Source: Candidatus Limnocylindrales bacterium
GTDB lineage: Bacteria; Chloroflexota; Limnocylindria; Limnocylindrales; CSP1-4
Assembly (NCBI GenBank): GCA_038230295.1
Contig: JBBRNM010000005.1
Span: forward strand, 779-64,778
Length of the DNA: 64,000 nucleotides
Direction: 5' to 3'
A model generated the notes under the pieces. The model had not been told where the DNA came from. It saw only the letters and a list, made by a program, of their open reading frames with translations, and searched no databases. Position 1 is the stretch's first letter. Every line of letters starts with the position of its first letter. The position numbers and the translations under genes are program-made. Below are positions 27,944-41,843 of this stretch, piece after piece.

Positions 27944-29908
27944 TCAGACCTCCTTGAACTCGCCTTCGACCGTCTCCTCGCCGGCGCCGCCGTCGGAGCC
28001 CTGGCCGCCGACACCGGCGGCCGCTCCCTCGTCGGCGCCCGCGCCGCCACCGGCCCCCGTCCCGTCGCCGGCATCCGAATCGGATCCGGAGGCGGCGGCG
28101 GACGCCTGGTAGGCCGCCGCGCCGACGCGGCTGAGCGTCTGCTGGAGCGAGTCGGCACCCGACTTGATCAGCTCGATGCTCTGGCCCTTGAGGGCCTCGC
28201 GGAGTCCGACGACCTTCGTATCGACCTCGGCTCGATCCTCGGCCGAGACCTTGTCGCCGAGGTCGGCGAGGGTGCGCTCGGCCTGGTACGTCAGCTGCTC
28301 GGCCTGGTTGCGGGTCTCGACCTCTTCGCGCCGCTGACGGTCTTCCTCAGCGTGCTCCTGGGCCTCGCGGACCATCTTGTCGACGTCGTTCTTCGAGAGC
28401 ATCGAGGACGCGGTGATCCGGACCTGCTGCTCCTTGCCGGTCGCCCGGTCCTTGGCCCGGACGTCGAGGATCCCGTTCGCGTCGATGTCGAACGTGACCT
28501 CGACCTGGGGGATGCCCCGCGGTGCCGGCGGGATCCCGTCGAGGATGAAGCGACCGAGGGTCTTGTTGTCGGCCGCGAAGTCGCGCTCGCCCTGGAGGAC
28601 ATGGATCTCGACCTGGCTCTGGTTGTCCGAAGCCGTCGAGAACGTTTGCGACTTGCTCGTCGGGATGGTGGTGTTCCGCTCGATGAGCTTCGTCATTACG
28701 CCACCGAGGGTCTCGATACCGAGCGACAGCGGCGTCACGTCGAGCAGGAGGACGTCCTTGACCTCGCCACCGAGCACGCCTGCTTGGATTGCAGCACCGA
28801 TCGCCACGACCTCATCCGGGTTGACGCCCTTGTGGGGCTCCTTCCCGAACAGGCCCTTGACCATCTCCTGGACGGCCGGCATCCGCGTCATGCCACCGAC
28901 AAGGATGACCTCGTCGATCTCACCGGGCTTGAGGCCCGCGTCCTTGAGCGCCGCCTGGACCGGGCCCTTCGTCTTCTGGACGAGGTCGCCGACGAGGTCC
29001 TCGAGCTTCGCCCGGGTGATGGGGACCACGAGGTGCTTCGGGCCGCTCGCATCGGCAGTGATGTACGGCAGGTTAATCTCGGTCGACATCGTCGACGACA
29101 GCTCGATCTTGGCTTTCTCGGAGGCCTCCTTGAGCCGCTGGAGGGCCTGGGCGTCCTTCGAAAGGTCGATCCCCTGGTCCTTCTTGAACTCGGCCAGGAG
29201 CCAGTCGATGACTCGCTGGTCGAAGTCGTCGCCGCCGAGGTGCGTGTCGCCGTTCGTGGCCTTGACCTCGAAGACGCCGTCGCCGAGCTCGAGGATCGAG
29301 ATGTCGAACGTGCCACCACCGAGGTCGTAGACCGCGACCTTCTCGTCATGCTTCTTGTCGAGGCCGTAGGCGAGCGCCGAAGCGGTCGGCTCGTTGATGA
29401 TCCGCTTGACCTCGAGGCCCGCGATCCGGCCCGCGTCCTTCGTGGCCTGGCGCTGGGTGTCGTCGAAGTACGCCGGGACCGTGATGACGGCGTCGGTCAC
29501 CTTCTCGCCGAGATACGCCTCGGCGTCGGCCTTGAGCTTCTGCAGGATCATCGCCGAGATCTCCGGCGGGGAGTACGTCTTCCCGTCGGCGAGCTTGACG
29601 AGGACGCCGTCGCTCTTCTCGTCCTTGACGACCTGGTACGGCACCAGGCCCTTGCTGCGCTGGACCTCGGGATCATCCCAGCGGCGACCCATGAACCGCT
29701 TGATCGAGTACACGGTGTTGCCAGGGTTCGTGACCGACTGACGCTTCGCGAGCTGGCCGACGAGGCGCTCGCCGCTCTTCGTGAAGGCCACGACCGACGG
29801 CACCGTCCGGCCGCCCTCGGCCGACGCGATGACGGTCGGCTCACCGCCCTCCATGACCGCGACGACGGAGTTCGTCGTGCCGAGATCGATGCCGATGATC
29901 TTGCTCAT
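27944..29908 (-). CDS. dnaK: molecular chaperone DnaK (Hsp70)
   Basis: 654 aa with [14 protein letters not shown] and [12 protein letters not shown] motifs. Confidence 0.97.
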   Translation of the reverse strand: MSKIIGIDLGTTNSVVAVMEGGEPTVIASAEGGRTVPSVVAFTKSGERLVGQLAKRQSVTNPGNTVYSIKRFMGRRWDDPEVQRSKGLVPYQVVKDEKSDGVLVKLADGKTYSPPEISAMILQKLKADAEAYLGEKVTDAVITVPAYFDDTQRQATKDAGRIAGLEVKRIINEPTASALAYGLDKKHDEKVAVYDLGGGTFDISILELGDGVFEVKATNGDTHLGGDDFDQRVIDWLLAEFKKDQGIDLSKDAQALQRLKEASEKAKIELSSTMSTEINLPYITADASGPKHLVVPITRAKLEDLVGDLVQKTKGPVQAALKDAGLKPGEIDEVILVGGMTRMPAVQEMVKGLFGKEPHKGVNPDEVVAIGAAIQAGVLGGEVKDVLLLDVTPLSLGIETLGGVMTKLIERNTTIPTSKSQTFSTASDNQSQVEIHVLQGERDFAADNKTLGRFILDGIPPAPRGIPQVEVTFDIDANGILDVRAKDRATGKEQQVRITASSMLSKNDVDKMVREAQEHAEEDRQRREEVETRNQAEQLTYQAERTLADLGDKVSAEDRAEVDTKVVGLREALKGQSIELIKSGADSLQQTLSRVGAAAYQASAAASGSDSDAGDGTGAGGGAGADEGAAAGVGGQGSDGGAGEETVEGEFKEV

Positions 29909-29946
29909 GTGATGGCTGCTCCTGTGCTCGTCCGTTGGGTCGGTTG

Positions 29947-30660
29947 TCAGTTGGGTCGGTTGGCGGGTTCGTCGCTGGGCAGGGCCGGCGAGTCCGTGTC
30001 GTGCTGGGCCACGGCGACCATCGCCGGACGGATCACGCGGTCGCGGAGCTTGTAGCCGCGCCGGAGCTCGCCGACGATCTCGCCGTCGGGCCGGCCGGTG
30101 CCGGGGACGTTGGCGACGGCTTCGTGCTCTCGAGGATCGAATCGCGTGCCGGGCGACACATCGATGGGCGTCACGCCCTCGCTCTCGAGGAGCTGGCGAA
30201 GCTTGCGGTCAATGGCCGCGATGCCCTCGACCCACGGGTCGTCCGCGATCGTCGTCGGCCGGGTCTCGATCGCCCGATCGAAGTCGTCCGCGAGGTTCAG
30301 GACCTTTCGGATGAGGCCCTCCGCCGCGAGCCCGAGCGTCGCCTCACGCTGCTCGGCCGTGCGGCGCTTGAAGTTCTGGAACTCGGCGCGCTCCCGCTGG
30401 AGCGCGGCGAGGTACTCGTCACGCGCCTTGCCGGCCTCGACGACCTGGCCCTCGAGGGCTTCGATCTCCTGGCCCACGGCCTGCCGGGCCAGCTCGCGCG
30501 CCTGATCCCGCTCTTGGACGAGGCGCTCGATCTCGTCGGCGAGGCGCTGGGGAGACACGTCGATCTCCGACGCTCGCTGCTGGGCCCGGGTTTGTCGGGC
30601 CAGGGGATGGCCGATCGAGCCGATCGGGCGGTTCGGGTCGCGCATTCTCGGGTCAGGCAT
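29947..30660 (-). CDS. grpE: nucleotide exchange factor GrpE
   Basis: [15 protein letters not shown] motif. Start taken as ATG 30660, which overlaps the hrcA end. ATG 30645 and TTG 30675 are alternatives. Confidence 0.88.
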   Translation of the reverse strand: MPDPRMRDPNRPIGSIGHPLARQTRAQQRASEIDVSPQRLADEIERLVQERDQARELARQAVGQEIEALEGQVVEAGKARDEYLAALQRERAEFQNFKRRTAEQREATLGLAAEGLIRKVLNLADDFDRAIETRPTTIADDPWVEGIAAIDRKLRQLLESEGVTPIDVSPGTRFDPREHEAVANVPGTGRPDGEIVGELRRGYKLRDRVIRPAMVAVAQHDTDSPALPSDEPANRPN

Positions 30661-31717
30661 AGAGGTGGTCCACAAGCTCGTTCATCAATCCGGATACGAA
30701 TCGCACAGTGCCGATCGCGGCGGGGTAGGCAAGGCGGGTCGGGCCCAGGACGCCGACGACACCGACCGCCTGGTCGGGCCGGCCATACGGCGCCAGGACG
30801 AGCGCGACCTCGCGCATGTCGGGCGGCGCGTTCTCGTGGCCGATGTACACCTGCACGACGCCGGACGCCGAGACCGCGCCGACAAGCTCGCCGAGGTAGG
30901 CCCGGTTTTCGAGGGCCGAGAACACGCGCTTCAGCTTGTCGCTGCGGGCGAATTCCGGGGCACCCATGATGTTCAGCAGGCCGTCGCTGAACACCTCTTC
31001 GACGGCGTCGGCGTCGTAGGCGCGCAGGATCCCGACGATCCGCTCGCCGAGCCGCCGGACGAGATTCGCATGCGGCCGCTCGGGATCGAGTCGATGGAGA
31101 CCCGCCTCCGCCCGACTCGCGGTGGCCCCGTGGACGAGCTCGTTGAGGATCCCTGCGACGCTGGTCAGCGAGGCCTGGTCCTCGGCATTGTCGATGGTCA
31201 CGAGGGCCTGCTTGATGGAGCCCTCCTGGAGTACCACCACGAGGCTCACGAGCCGGTCGCTGATCGACACGACGTCGACGCGGCGAACATGGGCCGATAC
31301 GGGCTTCGCGGCAGTCGCGAGCCCGGCCGCCCGGGTCAGCGATGCGATCGTCGATGCGGCGAGTCGGAACCAGTGCTCGCTGGTGTACTCGACCTGTCCG
31401 AACTGGTGCCGGATCATGAGCTGCTGGACCTCTGGCATGAGCGCCGAATCCATGATCGACTCGACATACCAGCGGTAGCCGGCATCGGTCGGGATCCGGC
31501 CTGCGGACGTGTATGGATGGCCGAGAAGGCCGGCGAGCTCGAGCTCCGCGAGGACGTTGCGGACCGTCGCGCTCGATACGCCGAGGCGATGGCGCTCGAC
31601 AAGCGCATGGCTGCCGACCGGAGTCGCGGTCGACACGTATTCCTCGATGACGGCCCGGAGGATCGCCTGTGCGCGGAGGTCCAGGGGGCCGGTGGAGCGA
31701 CGGATTCGACGCACCAA
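30653..31717 (-). CDS. hrcA: heat-inducible transcription repressor HrcA
   Basis: 354 aa with the winged-helix N-terminus VGSHALVERHRLGVSSATVRNVLAELELAGLL. TTG start with AGGAGA 7 nt upstream. Confidence 0.93.
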   Translation of the reverse strand: MVRRIRRSTGPLDLRAQAILRAVIEEYVSTATPVGSHALVERHRLGVSSATVRNVLAELELAGLLGHPYTSAGRIPTDAGYRWYVESIMDSALMPEVQQLMIRHQFGQVEYTSEHWFRLAASTIASLTRAAGLATAAKPVSAHVRRVDVVSISDRLVSLVVVLQEGSIKQALVTIDNAEDQASLTSVAGILNELVHGATASRAEAGLHRLDPERPHANLVRRLGERIVGILRAYDADAVEEVFSDGLLNIMGAPEFARSDKLKRVFSALENRAYLGELVGAVSASGVVQVYIGHENAPPDMREVALVLAPYGRPDQAVGVVGVLGPTRLAYPAAIGTVRFVSGLMNELVDHLYA

Positions 31718-31756
31718 AGCCCGTATCTCCTGTTGCGGAAGATAGTTCTCGGGTAG

Positions 31757-31783
31757 TTAGCACTCTCACTGCCAGAGTGCTAA
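31757..31783. promoter_or_regulatory. CIRCE operator (HrcA binding site)
   Basis: TTAGCACTC-TCACTGCCA-GAGTGCTAA is a perfect match to the TTAGCACTC-N9-GAGTGCTAA consensus. It lies 40 nt upstream of the hrcA start. Confidence 0.93.
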
Positions 31784-31831
31784 CGCGGTTCTTGGCATCG
31801 TAGCCCGCCGATCCGGAGGTGTCAACGCGCC

Positions 31832-33130
31832 TCAGACCAGGCGCGCAAACAGCTCGTTCGAGAGCAGTCGTCCGCGAGTCGTCAGGACGAACCGGTCCGC
31901 GGCGGTGAGCTCGACGAGGCGCTGGGCGCGGGCCCAATCGAGGTGCTCTTTGAGCTTCGGCGCCGCGGCCTCGGCGGCCGTGATCCCCGTTGCCGTCCGC
32001 AGGCCGAGGATCGCCCGCTCCGCGTCGGCCATCACGCGCTCGATCGACTCGCTCCCACCGGGCGGCAACGCGGGCTCCCTTCCGGGCTCCGGGACGAGCG
32101 CGGCCAGGTACGCGTCGAGGCGGGCCGCGCTCCAGCGCCGGGCCTGCCCGTCGAACGCGTGGGCGCCGGGCCCGACGGCCTCGTATGGCGCCCGTCGCCA
32201 GTAGACCTGGTTGTGCCGGCTCTCGTGCCCCGGTCGGGCCCAGTTGCTGATCTCGTACCAGTGATAGCCGGCCGCGGCGAGCCGCCGATCGGCGAGCTCG
32301 TACATCTCGGCCGCGCGGTCATCGTCCTGGGATCGGCGGGCTCGCTCCCGCCAGCGACGGGCGCCATGGGTCGTGGGCAGGTGATCGCCGGCCGGACCGG
32401 TCAGCCCTTCGGCCTCCGGATCGTCGAGCGTCAGGGCATACAGCGAGAGGTGGTCCGGCGCGAGCACGATCGCGGCGTCCAGCGTGGCGGCCCAGGTCCG
32501 GAGCGTGGCGCCCGGGAGGTCGTAGAGCAGGTCGAGGCTGATCGATGGGAGCCCAGCTCCGCGTGCGCCCGCCACGGTTGCGGCGATGTCCTCGGGGCGA
32601 TGGCGGCGGCCGATCGCCCGGAGCTCGCCGGCATCGAACGACTGGGCCCCGATCGACAGCCGCGTCACGCCGGCGGCGGCGAGACGGGCGGCATCGCCGC
32701 GCTCGGCGAGGCCGGGGTTCGCCTCGATCGTGATCTCCGCGTCCTCGGCCAGCCCGAACCGGTCGCGGATGGTCGCCAGGAGGCGGTCGATCGCCGCCGG
32801 CGGCAGGAGCGTCGGCGTTCCTCCCCCGAGATAGAGGGTCTCGAGCGACGGCCGGGCGGCTCCCCAATGCGCGTCCAGCGCGTCGGCACGGAGCCGGAGC
32901 TCGCGATCCAGCGCCTCGACGAACGCGTCGATCCGGTTTCGTGGCCCGCGCGCCGCCGCGCCGGCGACCACGACGAAGTCGCAGTACGGACAGACGGACA
33001 GGCAGAACGGAACGTGGACGTAGAGCGAGGTTGGCGGGCCGGCGTCTGGTACCGGTGCAGCTGCGGGTGCCGATTCCGCAGCGGGTTCGGGTGTCGACAC
33101 CGCCCCGTGACGCCCGTCGGCGAAGGTCAT
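31832..33130 (-). CDS. hemW: radical SAM heme chaperone HemW (HemN-like)
   Basis: LYVHVPFCLSVCPYCDF (CxxxCxxC). Sits in the lepA-hemW-hrcA order. ATGA overlap with the upstream gene. Confidence 0.88.
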   Translation of the reverse strand: MTFADGRHGAVSTPEPAAESAPAAAPVPDAGPPTSLYVHVPFCLSVCPYCDFVVVAGAAARGPRNRIDAFVEALDRELRLRADALDAHWGAARPSLETLYLGGGTPTLLPPAAIDRLLATIRDRFGLAEDAEITIEANPGLAERGDAARLAAAGVTRLSIGAQSFDAGELRAIGRRHRPEDIAATVAGARGAGLPSISLDLLYDLPGATLRTWAATLDAAIVLAPDHLSLYALTLDDPEAEGLTGPAGDHLPTTHGARRWRERARRSQDDDRAAEMYELADRRLAAAGYHWYEISNWARPGHESRHNQVYWRRAPYEAVGPGAHAFDGQARRWSAARLDAYLAALVPEPGREPALPPGGSESIERVMADAERAILGLRTATGITAAEAAAPKLKEHLDWARAQRLVELTAADRFVLTTRGRLLSNELFARLV

Positions 33131-33912
33131 CGATCCCGGCCGGACTCCCGAGCCGAGGGCTTGCGAAGCGTCTCCCTCGAGCCGCGATCGACCGCGCGCC
33201 AGCCCTCCGGGGCCCTCGAGCGTCGCTCGACCTCCTCCGGTTCCTTGCCCCGCGGCGCGAGCTGGCCCTCGTGGCCCGTCGCGAGGAACACCGCGACCCG
33301 TGTGATCGCGTGCCCCAGGAAGGCGGCCCCGATCCCGCCGGTAAGGGACGTCACCCAGCCACCGATCAGCCCGATCGCGAGCGTCAGCACGAAGATGTAA
33401 CGGTCGCGCCCGGGAGCCCCCGTGCGGGTCGCAAGCGTGTACGCGACGGCCTGGCCGACGATCGCAATCTCGACCGGCGCCCCGATCCAGATGAGATAGC
33501 CGAACAACGCCCCCCGGAAGGTCGCCTCGTCGATGAACGCGGTGAGGATCTGGTTCGCGAGCGCGCCCGGGTAGGAGCCCACGTCGGGCAGCCGGATTCG
33601 GTGGTAGTGATAGAGCGCAAAGCCGATCGCCTGGGCCACACCGAGAGCGCCGAGCGCGAGGCCGAGGAGGATCCCGATCCGGTCGCCGACGGTCAGTCGA
33701 AGGTCGAACCCGGCGTTGGGATGCACGAACACCAGGGCGACGATCCCGCCGATGCCCAACGCGTACCAGGCGATCCGCCGCAGGATGGAGCCTCGCCGGC
33801 CGCCGATCGGCTCGTCGTATTCAGCGGCGCCGAAGGCCTGCGCCTCGAGCCGGAGCATCACGAGCAGGAGCGTCAGCCCGAGCCCGATGAGCACCCGGAG
33901 CTGGTCCTCCAT
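33127..33912 (-). CDS. CPBP family intramembrane metalloprotease
   Basis: 261-aa multi-pass protein with an EATFRGALFGYL (E-x-x-x-R) motif and a distal His motif. Confidence 0.75.
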   Translation of the reverse strand: MEDQLRVLIGLGLTLLLVMLRLEAQAFGAAEYDEPIGGRRGSILRRIAWYALGIGGIVALVFVHPNAGFDLRLTVGDRIGILLGLALGALGVAQAIGFALYHYHRIRLPDVGSYPGALANQILTAFIDEATFRGALFGYLIWIGAPVEIAIVGQAVAYTLATRTGAPGRDRYIFVLTLAIGLIGGWVTSLTGGIGAAFLGHAITRVAVFLATGHEGQLAPRGKEPEEVERRSRAPEGWRAVDRGSRETLRKPSARESGRDR

Positions 33913-33915
33913 CCC

Positions 33916-35733
33916 TCAGGCCTCGTCCGTGCGAAGCATGGCGAGGAAGGCCTCCTGCGGAATCTCGACGGAGCCGACGCGCTTCATCCGCCGTTTGCCC
34001 TCTTTCTGCTTCTCGAGGAGCTTCCGCTTTCGGGTGATATCGCCACCGTAGCACTTGGCCAGCACGTTCTTGCGCAGGGCGCGGACGGTCTCGCGGGAGA
34101 TCACGTTCGCGCCGACGGCGGCCTGGATCGGCACCTCGAACATCTGCCGCGGAATGAGTTCCTTGAGCCGCCCGGCCAGGGTTCGGCCGATCGACACCGA
34201 CTTCTCGCGGTGGACGATCATCGACAGGGCATCCACCGGCTCGCCCGCGACGAGCACGTCGAGCCGCACGAGGTCCGCCGCGCGATAGCCGATCTCCTCG
34301 TAGTCCATCGAGGCGTAGCCGGCCGTGCGCGTCTTGAGCTGGTCGAAATAGTCGACGATCAGCTCCGCGAGCGGCAGCTCGAACCGCATCAGGACCCTGA
34401 CGGGATCGATGTACTCGAGGTCGAGGAACGAGCCGCGCCGGTTCGTCGAGAGCTCCATCAGCGGGCCGATGTATGTCGAGGGCGTCACGACGGAGAGCTT
34501 CACCCACGGCTCGCGGATCTCCTCGATATCGGCGACCGCCGGCAGCTTCGAGGGGTTGTCGACGCGGATCGTGCCGCGACCGTTCGTCCTGAGGACCTCG
34601 TACTCGACCGACGGCGCCGAGGCGATCAGATCGAGGCCGAACTCGCGCTCGAGGCGCTCCTGGACGATCTCCATGTGGAGGAGGCCGAGGAAACCGCAGC
34701 GGAAGCCGAACCCCAGCGCCACCGAGCTCTCCGGCTCGAACGTGAACGACGCGTCGTTGAGGTGGAGCTTGTCAATCGCGTCCCGCAGGAGCGGATAGTC
34801 CTCGCCGGTGACCGGGTACAGGCCCGCGAACACGAGGCTCTTCGCCTCCTGATAGCCCGGCAGCGGCTCGCTGGCGGGCGCCGCCGCCAGCGTGAGCGTG
34901 TCGCCGACCTGCGCCTCCCGGACGTTCTTCAGGCCCGTCGCCGCGTAGCCGACATCGCCGGCTCGCATGACGGGGATTGGCACGAGCTGCGGCCGGAAGA
35001 AGCCGAGCTCGAGGAGGTCGGCTTCGGCGCCCGATGCCATGAGCTGCACTCGATCGTGGTCGTGGAGCGTGCCCTGGGCGAGCCGGATGTACACGATGAC
35101 GCCCTTGTACGGGTCGTAATGAGAGTCGAACACGAGCGCCTGGAGCGGCTCCGACGGGTCGCCCTTTGGCGGGGGGATGCGGTCGACGATCGCCTCGAGG
35201 ATCTCGGTGATCCCGATGCCCTCCTTCGCCGAGGCCAAGATCACCTCCTCTCGGGGGATGGCGAGCACCGTTTCGAGCTCTTCCATCACGACCTCCGGCT
35301 GGGCCGAGGGGAGGTCGATCTTGTTGAGCACCGGGATGATCGTCAGCCCTTCCTTCAGGGCGAGGTGGACGTTCGCCAGGGTCTGGGCCTCGATGCCCTG
35401 GGCCGCATCGACGACGAGGATCGCGCCCTCGCACGCCTGGAGGCTGTGGCTGACCTCGTACGCGAAGTCGACGTGGCCCGGCGTGTCGATGAGGTTCAGG
35501 CCGTAGCGAAGCCCGTCCTTGGCCGTGTGCTCGAGGCGGACCGCCCGGGCCTTGATCGTGATCCCTTTTTCGCGCTCGAGGTCCATCGAGTCGAGGACCT
35601 GGCTCGTCATCTGCCGGGGATCGATCGTGTGGGTCGTCTCGAGGAGCCGATCCGCGAGGGTCGACTTGCCATGATCGATGTGGGCGATGATCGAGAAGTT
35701 CCGGAGGCGGTCCTGGGGGATGGTGTTCGTCAA
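33916..35733 (-). CDS. lepA: elongation factor 4
   Basis: 605 aa with the [18 protein letters not shown]-domain and a LepA C-terminal region. TTG start. Confidence 0.96.
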   Translation of the reverse strand: MTNTIPQDRLRNFSIIAHIDHGKSTLADRLLETTHTIDPRQMTSQVLDSMDLEREKGITIKARAVRLEHTAKDGLRYGLNLIDTPGHVDFAYEVSHSLQACEGAILVVDAAQGIEAQTLANVHLALKEGLTIIPVLNKIDLPSAQPEVVMEELETVLAIPREEVILASAKEGIGITEILEAIVDRIPPPKGDPSEPLQALVFDSHYDPYKGVIVYIRLAQGTLHDHDRVQLMASGAEADLLELGFFRPQLVPIPVMRAGDVGYAATGLKNVREAQVGDTLTLAAAPASEPLPGYQEAKSLVFAGLYPVTGEDYPLLRDAIDKLHLNDASFTFEPESSVALGFGFRCGFLGLLHMEIVQERLEREFGLDLIASAPSVEYEVLRTNGRGTIRVDNPSKLPAVADIEEIREPWVKLSVVTPSTYIGPLMELSTNRRGSFLDLEYIDPVRVLMRFELPLAELIVDYFDQLKTRTAGYASMDYEEIGYRAADLVRLDVLVAGEPVDALSMIVHREKSVSIGRTLAGRLKELIPRQMFEVPIQAAVGANVISRETVRALRKNVLAKCYGGDITRKRKLLEKQKEGKRRMKRVGSVEIPQEAFLAMLRTDEA

Positions 35734-35767
35734 GTTCGTCGATGATACGAGGCGGCTGCTCGCCGGC

Positions 35768-36697
35768 TCAGGCGCGGACCACCGCGAGGGCCGTCACGCC
35801 GACGAAGATCAAGGCCACCCCGACGAGCTGAATCCGAGCGAGCCGCTCCCCGAAGAACAGGAACGCGGCGATCGCGGAGAACGCGGCGAACTGCGATCCG
35901 AGCACCGCGGCGGTGGCGATCCCATCTTGCGCGGCGAGGATGTAGAGGCCCGCGCCGAACGCCTCGAGCGCGCCCGATACGATCACGAGCGGGACGGCGG
36001 CGCGGACGAGCCGCAGGCGGCCGCGGAGCGCGAGCGGGACCGCGACGCCGACCGTGCCGACGAGGCGCGGCGCCATGACGATCCAGGCGATCGGGAGGCT
36101 CGTCCCGAGCCGACCGGCGATCACGAGGCCCACCGAGAAGCAGCCCGCCGCGGAGATCGCGAGGACCACCGCGCGACGCGCATGCCGGGCATCCGTGCGC
36201 TGGCCAACGTCGGCGGACCGCTCGATGGCCGCGAGGATCACGCCGGCGGCGATCGCGGCGAGGACGATGGCGGTCGGAATATTGAGGGCCTCGCCGAGGA
36301 GGGCGGAGATCACGGCCGCGGCCGCCCCCTCGGTCGCGACGATCGGCGTGACGATCGAGATCCGGCCGATCGTGAGCGCCTTGTACGTCAGCAGGAGTCC
36401 GACGTTCGTCGCGATGCCGACGACGACGAGGCCGAGGATCTGGACCGGCTCGATCGTCGTCGGGCTCGAGAGCAGAGCGGGGATGAGGGCCACCGCGAAC
36501 CCGACCGTCATGACCCAGGCGATCACCGAGACTGCCCCGATCATCCGGCTCGAGCGGGTCGAGGCAACGGTGGCAATCGCCCACGACAGGGCGGCGCCGA
36601 GGCCGCCGAGGATCGCCACCATGGCCGCGAAGTCTGACAGCCTGCTATCATCCGCGTCCGCGCCCGGCGTCCAATCCGCGCCATCGCGTGAGAACAC
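35768..36697 (-). CDS. EamA/DMT family transporter
   Basis: Ten hydrophobic segments. ATG 36622 (MVAILGG) is a plausible shorter start that would leave room for divergent promoters. Confidence 0.78.
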   Translation of the reverse strand: MFSRDGADWTPGADADDSRLSDFAAMVAILGGLGAALSWAIATVASTRSSRMIGAVSVIAWVMTVGFAVALIPALLSSPTTIEPVQILGLVVVGIATNVGLLLTYKALTIGRISIVTPIVATEGAAAAVISALLGEALNIPTAIVLAAIAAGVILAAIERSADVGQRTDARHARRAVVLAISAAGCFSVGLVIAGRLGTSLPIAWIVMAPRLVGTVGVAVPLALRGRLRLVRAAVPLVIVSGALEAFGAGLYILAAQDGIATAAVLGSQFAAFSAIAAFLFFGERLARIQLVGVALIFVGVTALAVVRA

Positions 36698-36726
36698 CTG
36701 ATCATTCGCTCGAGAGGTTGCTCACC

Positions 36727-37374
36727 TTGGCCAGGACGCCCCGCACGTGGACCGGTGCACGAACGCCGTCAGGACTCAAGCGCGTCCGCAGCGCGGCGCG
36801 ACGGCATGAGGTGCTCGGCCCGCGGCGAACGGCCGCGAAGACCCTCGTCAAGAACGCAATCACGATCGCGAGCGCGCCGAACGGCGCCGATCCGCAGGTC
36901 GCGCTGGCCGACGCGCTGAGCGCCCTCGATCGCGCGGCCAAGAGCGGTGCGATTCACAAGAACGCGGCCGCGCGGCGCAAGTCACGGCTGACGATCAAGA
37001 TCAACTCGCTGGTCGGCGGCACCGCTGCGGGCGCCTCGGCGGCCGCGAAGACGGTCAGCAAGGCCGCCGCGCAAAAGGCTGCGAAGGCGCGGATCGCCGC
37101 CGGCAAGGCCGGCAAGGCCAAGGGCGCCCAGACAGCTGCCGGCAAGGCTCGCGCCGCGCTGACGAAGACAAGCCGCACCGAGTCGGCTGCGGAGACCGCG
37201 AAGGCCCCGGCCGCGAAGGCCCCGGCCGCGACGGCCGCGAAGGCGACGGCCAAGACCGCGGCCAAGTCGAGGTCGACCACGAAGTCGGCGGCGAAGTCGT
37301 CAAAGCCGGCCGCGAAGTCCTCGGCAAAGAGCACTGCCGCCAAGCCCGCCGCGAAGAAGACCGCCAAGTCCTAG
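36727..37374 (+). CDS. rpsT: 30S ribosomal protein S20 with about 115-aa Ala/Lys-rich C-terminal tail
   Basis: S20 core LKRVRSAARRHEVLGPRRTAAKTLVKNAI ... AIHKNAAARRKSRLTIKINSL, followed by a tail rich in AAK/AKS-type Ala/Lys/Ser repeats running to the stop. Start taken as TTG 36727 (MARTPR). TTG 36718 and GTG 36688 are also in frame. Confidence 0.82.
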   Translation: MARTPRTWTGARTPSGLKRVRSAARRHEVLGPRRTAAKTLVKNAITIASAPNGADPQVALADALSALDRAAKSGAIHKNAAARRKSRLTIKINSLVGGTAAGASAAAKTVSKAAAQKAAKARIAAGKAGKAKGAQTAAGKARAALTKTSRTESAAETAKAPAAKAPAATAAKATAKTAAKSRSTTKSAAKSSKPAAKSSAKSTAAKPAAKKTAKS

Positions 37375-37514
37375 CTAGCGGCTCCGGGTCGCGCTCTTCG
37401 CCCGCGCCATTTGAGTCCGGCTCGCGGTTCGCGCCAGTTCCGACGCTCGTTATGTCGCAGCGTTCGCTCTTCGGGCGCGGCTCAAGCCCGGGTCGTGCCA
37501 AATTGGAATCAGGC

Positions 37515-37641
37515 GGCAACTCGTCACAGAATCCGTGACAGTCGTGCCTCGGGCGCAAGTTTGGCCACGTCGTCACGGCTTTGCGAGCGTTCCCACGTTC
37601 AGCAACCGCAGGCGCGCCGATCTCACCGGTGACGAGTTGCC
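37515..37641. repeat. 13-bp perfect inverted repeat (GGCAACTCGTCAC / GTGACGAGTTGCC) bracketing 101 nt
   Basis: Read directly at 37515-37527 and 37629-37641, inside a 311-nt convergent intergenic region that also holds six GTCAC/GTGAC motifs. Confidence 0.5.
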
Positions 37642-37685
37642 ATTGTCACGCACTTTTGCCCACATCCGCCTCGCTCGCGGCGACG

Positions 37686-40814
<3,129 letters not shown>

Positions 40815-40815
<1 letters not shown>

Positions 40816-41840
40816 CACGCCGCCGCGCCGGCGGGGAGCCGGGACGCGACGAGGTTGAGCAGGTCCGCGCAGCGACAGCTGTAGCCCCACTCGTTGTCGT
40901 ACCAGGCGATGACCTTCACCATCGTCCCGCCGAGGACCATCGTGTTCTCGGCATCGATGATCGAGGACCGCGAATCACCCCGGAAATCGGTCGAGACGAG
41001 GGGCTCGTCGGACACCCCGAGGATCCCCTGCATCGGACCGGACGCGGCGGCGCGGAAGGCCTCGTTGAGCTCCTCGGCCGTCGTCGAGCGGGCGACATCG
41101 GCGGTGAAGTCGACGACGCTGACGGTCGGCGTCGGGACCCGCAGGCTGAAACCGTCGAACTTGCCCTTGAGCTCCGGGATCACGAGGGCAAGGGCCTTCG
41201 CCGCACCAGTCGTCGTCGGGATGATGTTCTGGCCGGCGGAGCGCGCCCGACGGGGGTCCTTGTGGGCCACGTCGAGGATCCGCTGGTCGTTCGTGTAACT
41301 GTGGATCGTGTTCATGAGGCCGCGCTCGATGCCGACCAGGTCGTTCACGACCTTCGCCGCGGGCGCGAGGCAGTTCGTCGTGCAGCTCGCGTTGCTGATG
41401 ACGTGGTGTTTCTCGGGGTCGTAGCGGTCCTCGTTCACGCCGAGGACGATGGTGATGTCTTCGCCCTTCGCCGGCGCGCTGATGATCACCTTCTTCGCAC
41501 CGGCCGAGATGTGGGCGCGCGCCTTCGCGGCGTCGGTGAAGAGGCCGGTCGACTCGAGCACGATGTCCACGCCGAGATCGCCCCACGGCAGGGCGGCAGG
41601 ATCTCGCTCGGTCAGCACGCGGATCTCGTGGCCGTCGATGATCAGGCTGTTGTCGGTGTGGTCGACGGTGCCCTTGTAGGCGCCGTAGGTCGAGTCGTGC
41701 TTGAAGAGCAGCGCGTTCATCGCCGTATCGACGAGATCGTTGACGGCCACGACCTCGAGATCGGGCGCGCGCTCGAGGATCGCCTTGAGCGACTGGCGAC
41801 CGATTCGGCCGAAACCGTTGATGCCGATGCGGACGGACAT
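40815..41840 (-). CDS. gap: type I glyceraldehyde-3-phosphate dehydrogenase
   Basis: INGFGRIGR and [12 protein letters not shown] motifs, with AGGAGG upstream of the ATG. Confidence 0.96.
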
Positions 41841-41843
41841 GGA

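Noticed and set aside
27506-30055. An 849-aa plus-strand ORF, along with similar giants at 87..1346, 2097..4610, 12825..14885, 32941..35745, 38492..40321, 43791..45428 and 51016..52620.
   Set aside because: These lie antisense to strongly recognisable genes (dnaK, ahcY, mtnA/apt, pgpH, lepA, eno/pgk and others). Their translations are Arg/Gly/Asp/Pro-rich with no motifs. They are typical stop-poor antisense frames of high-GC DNA.
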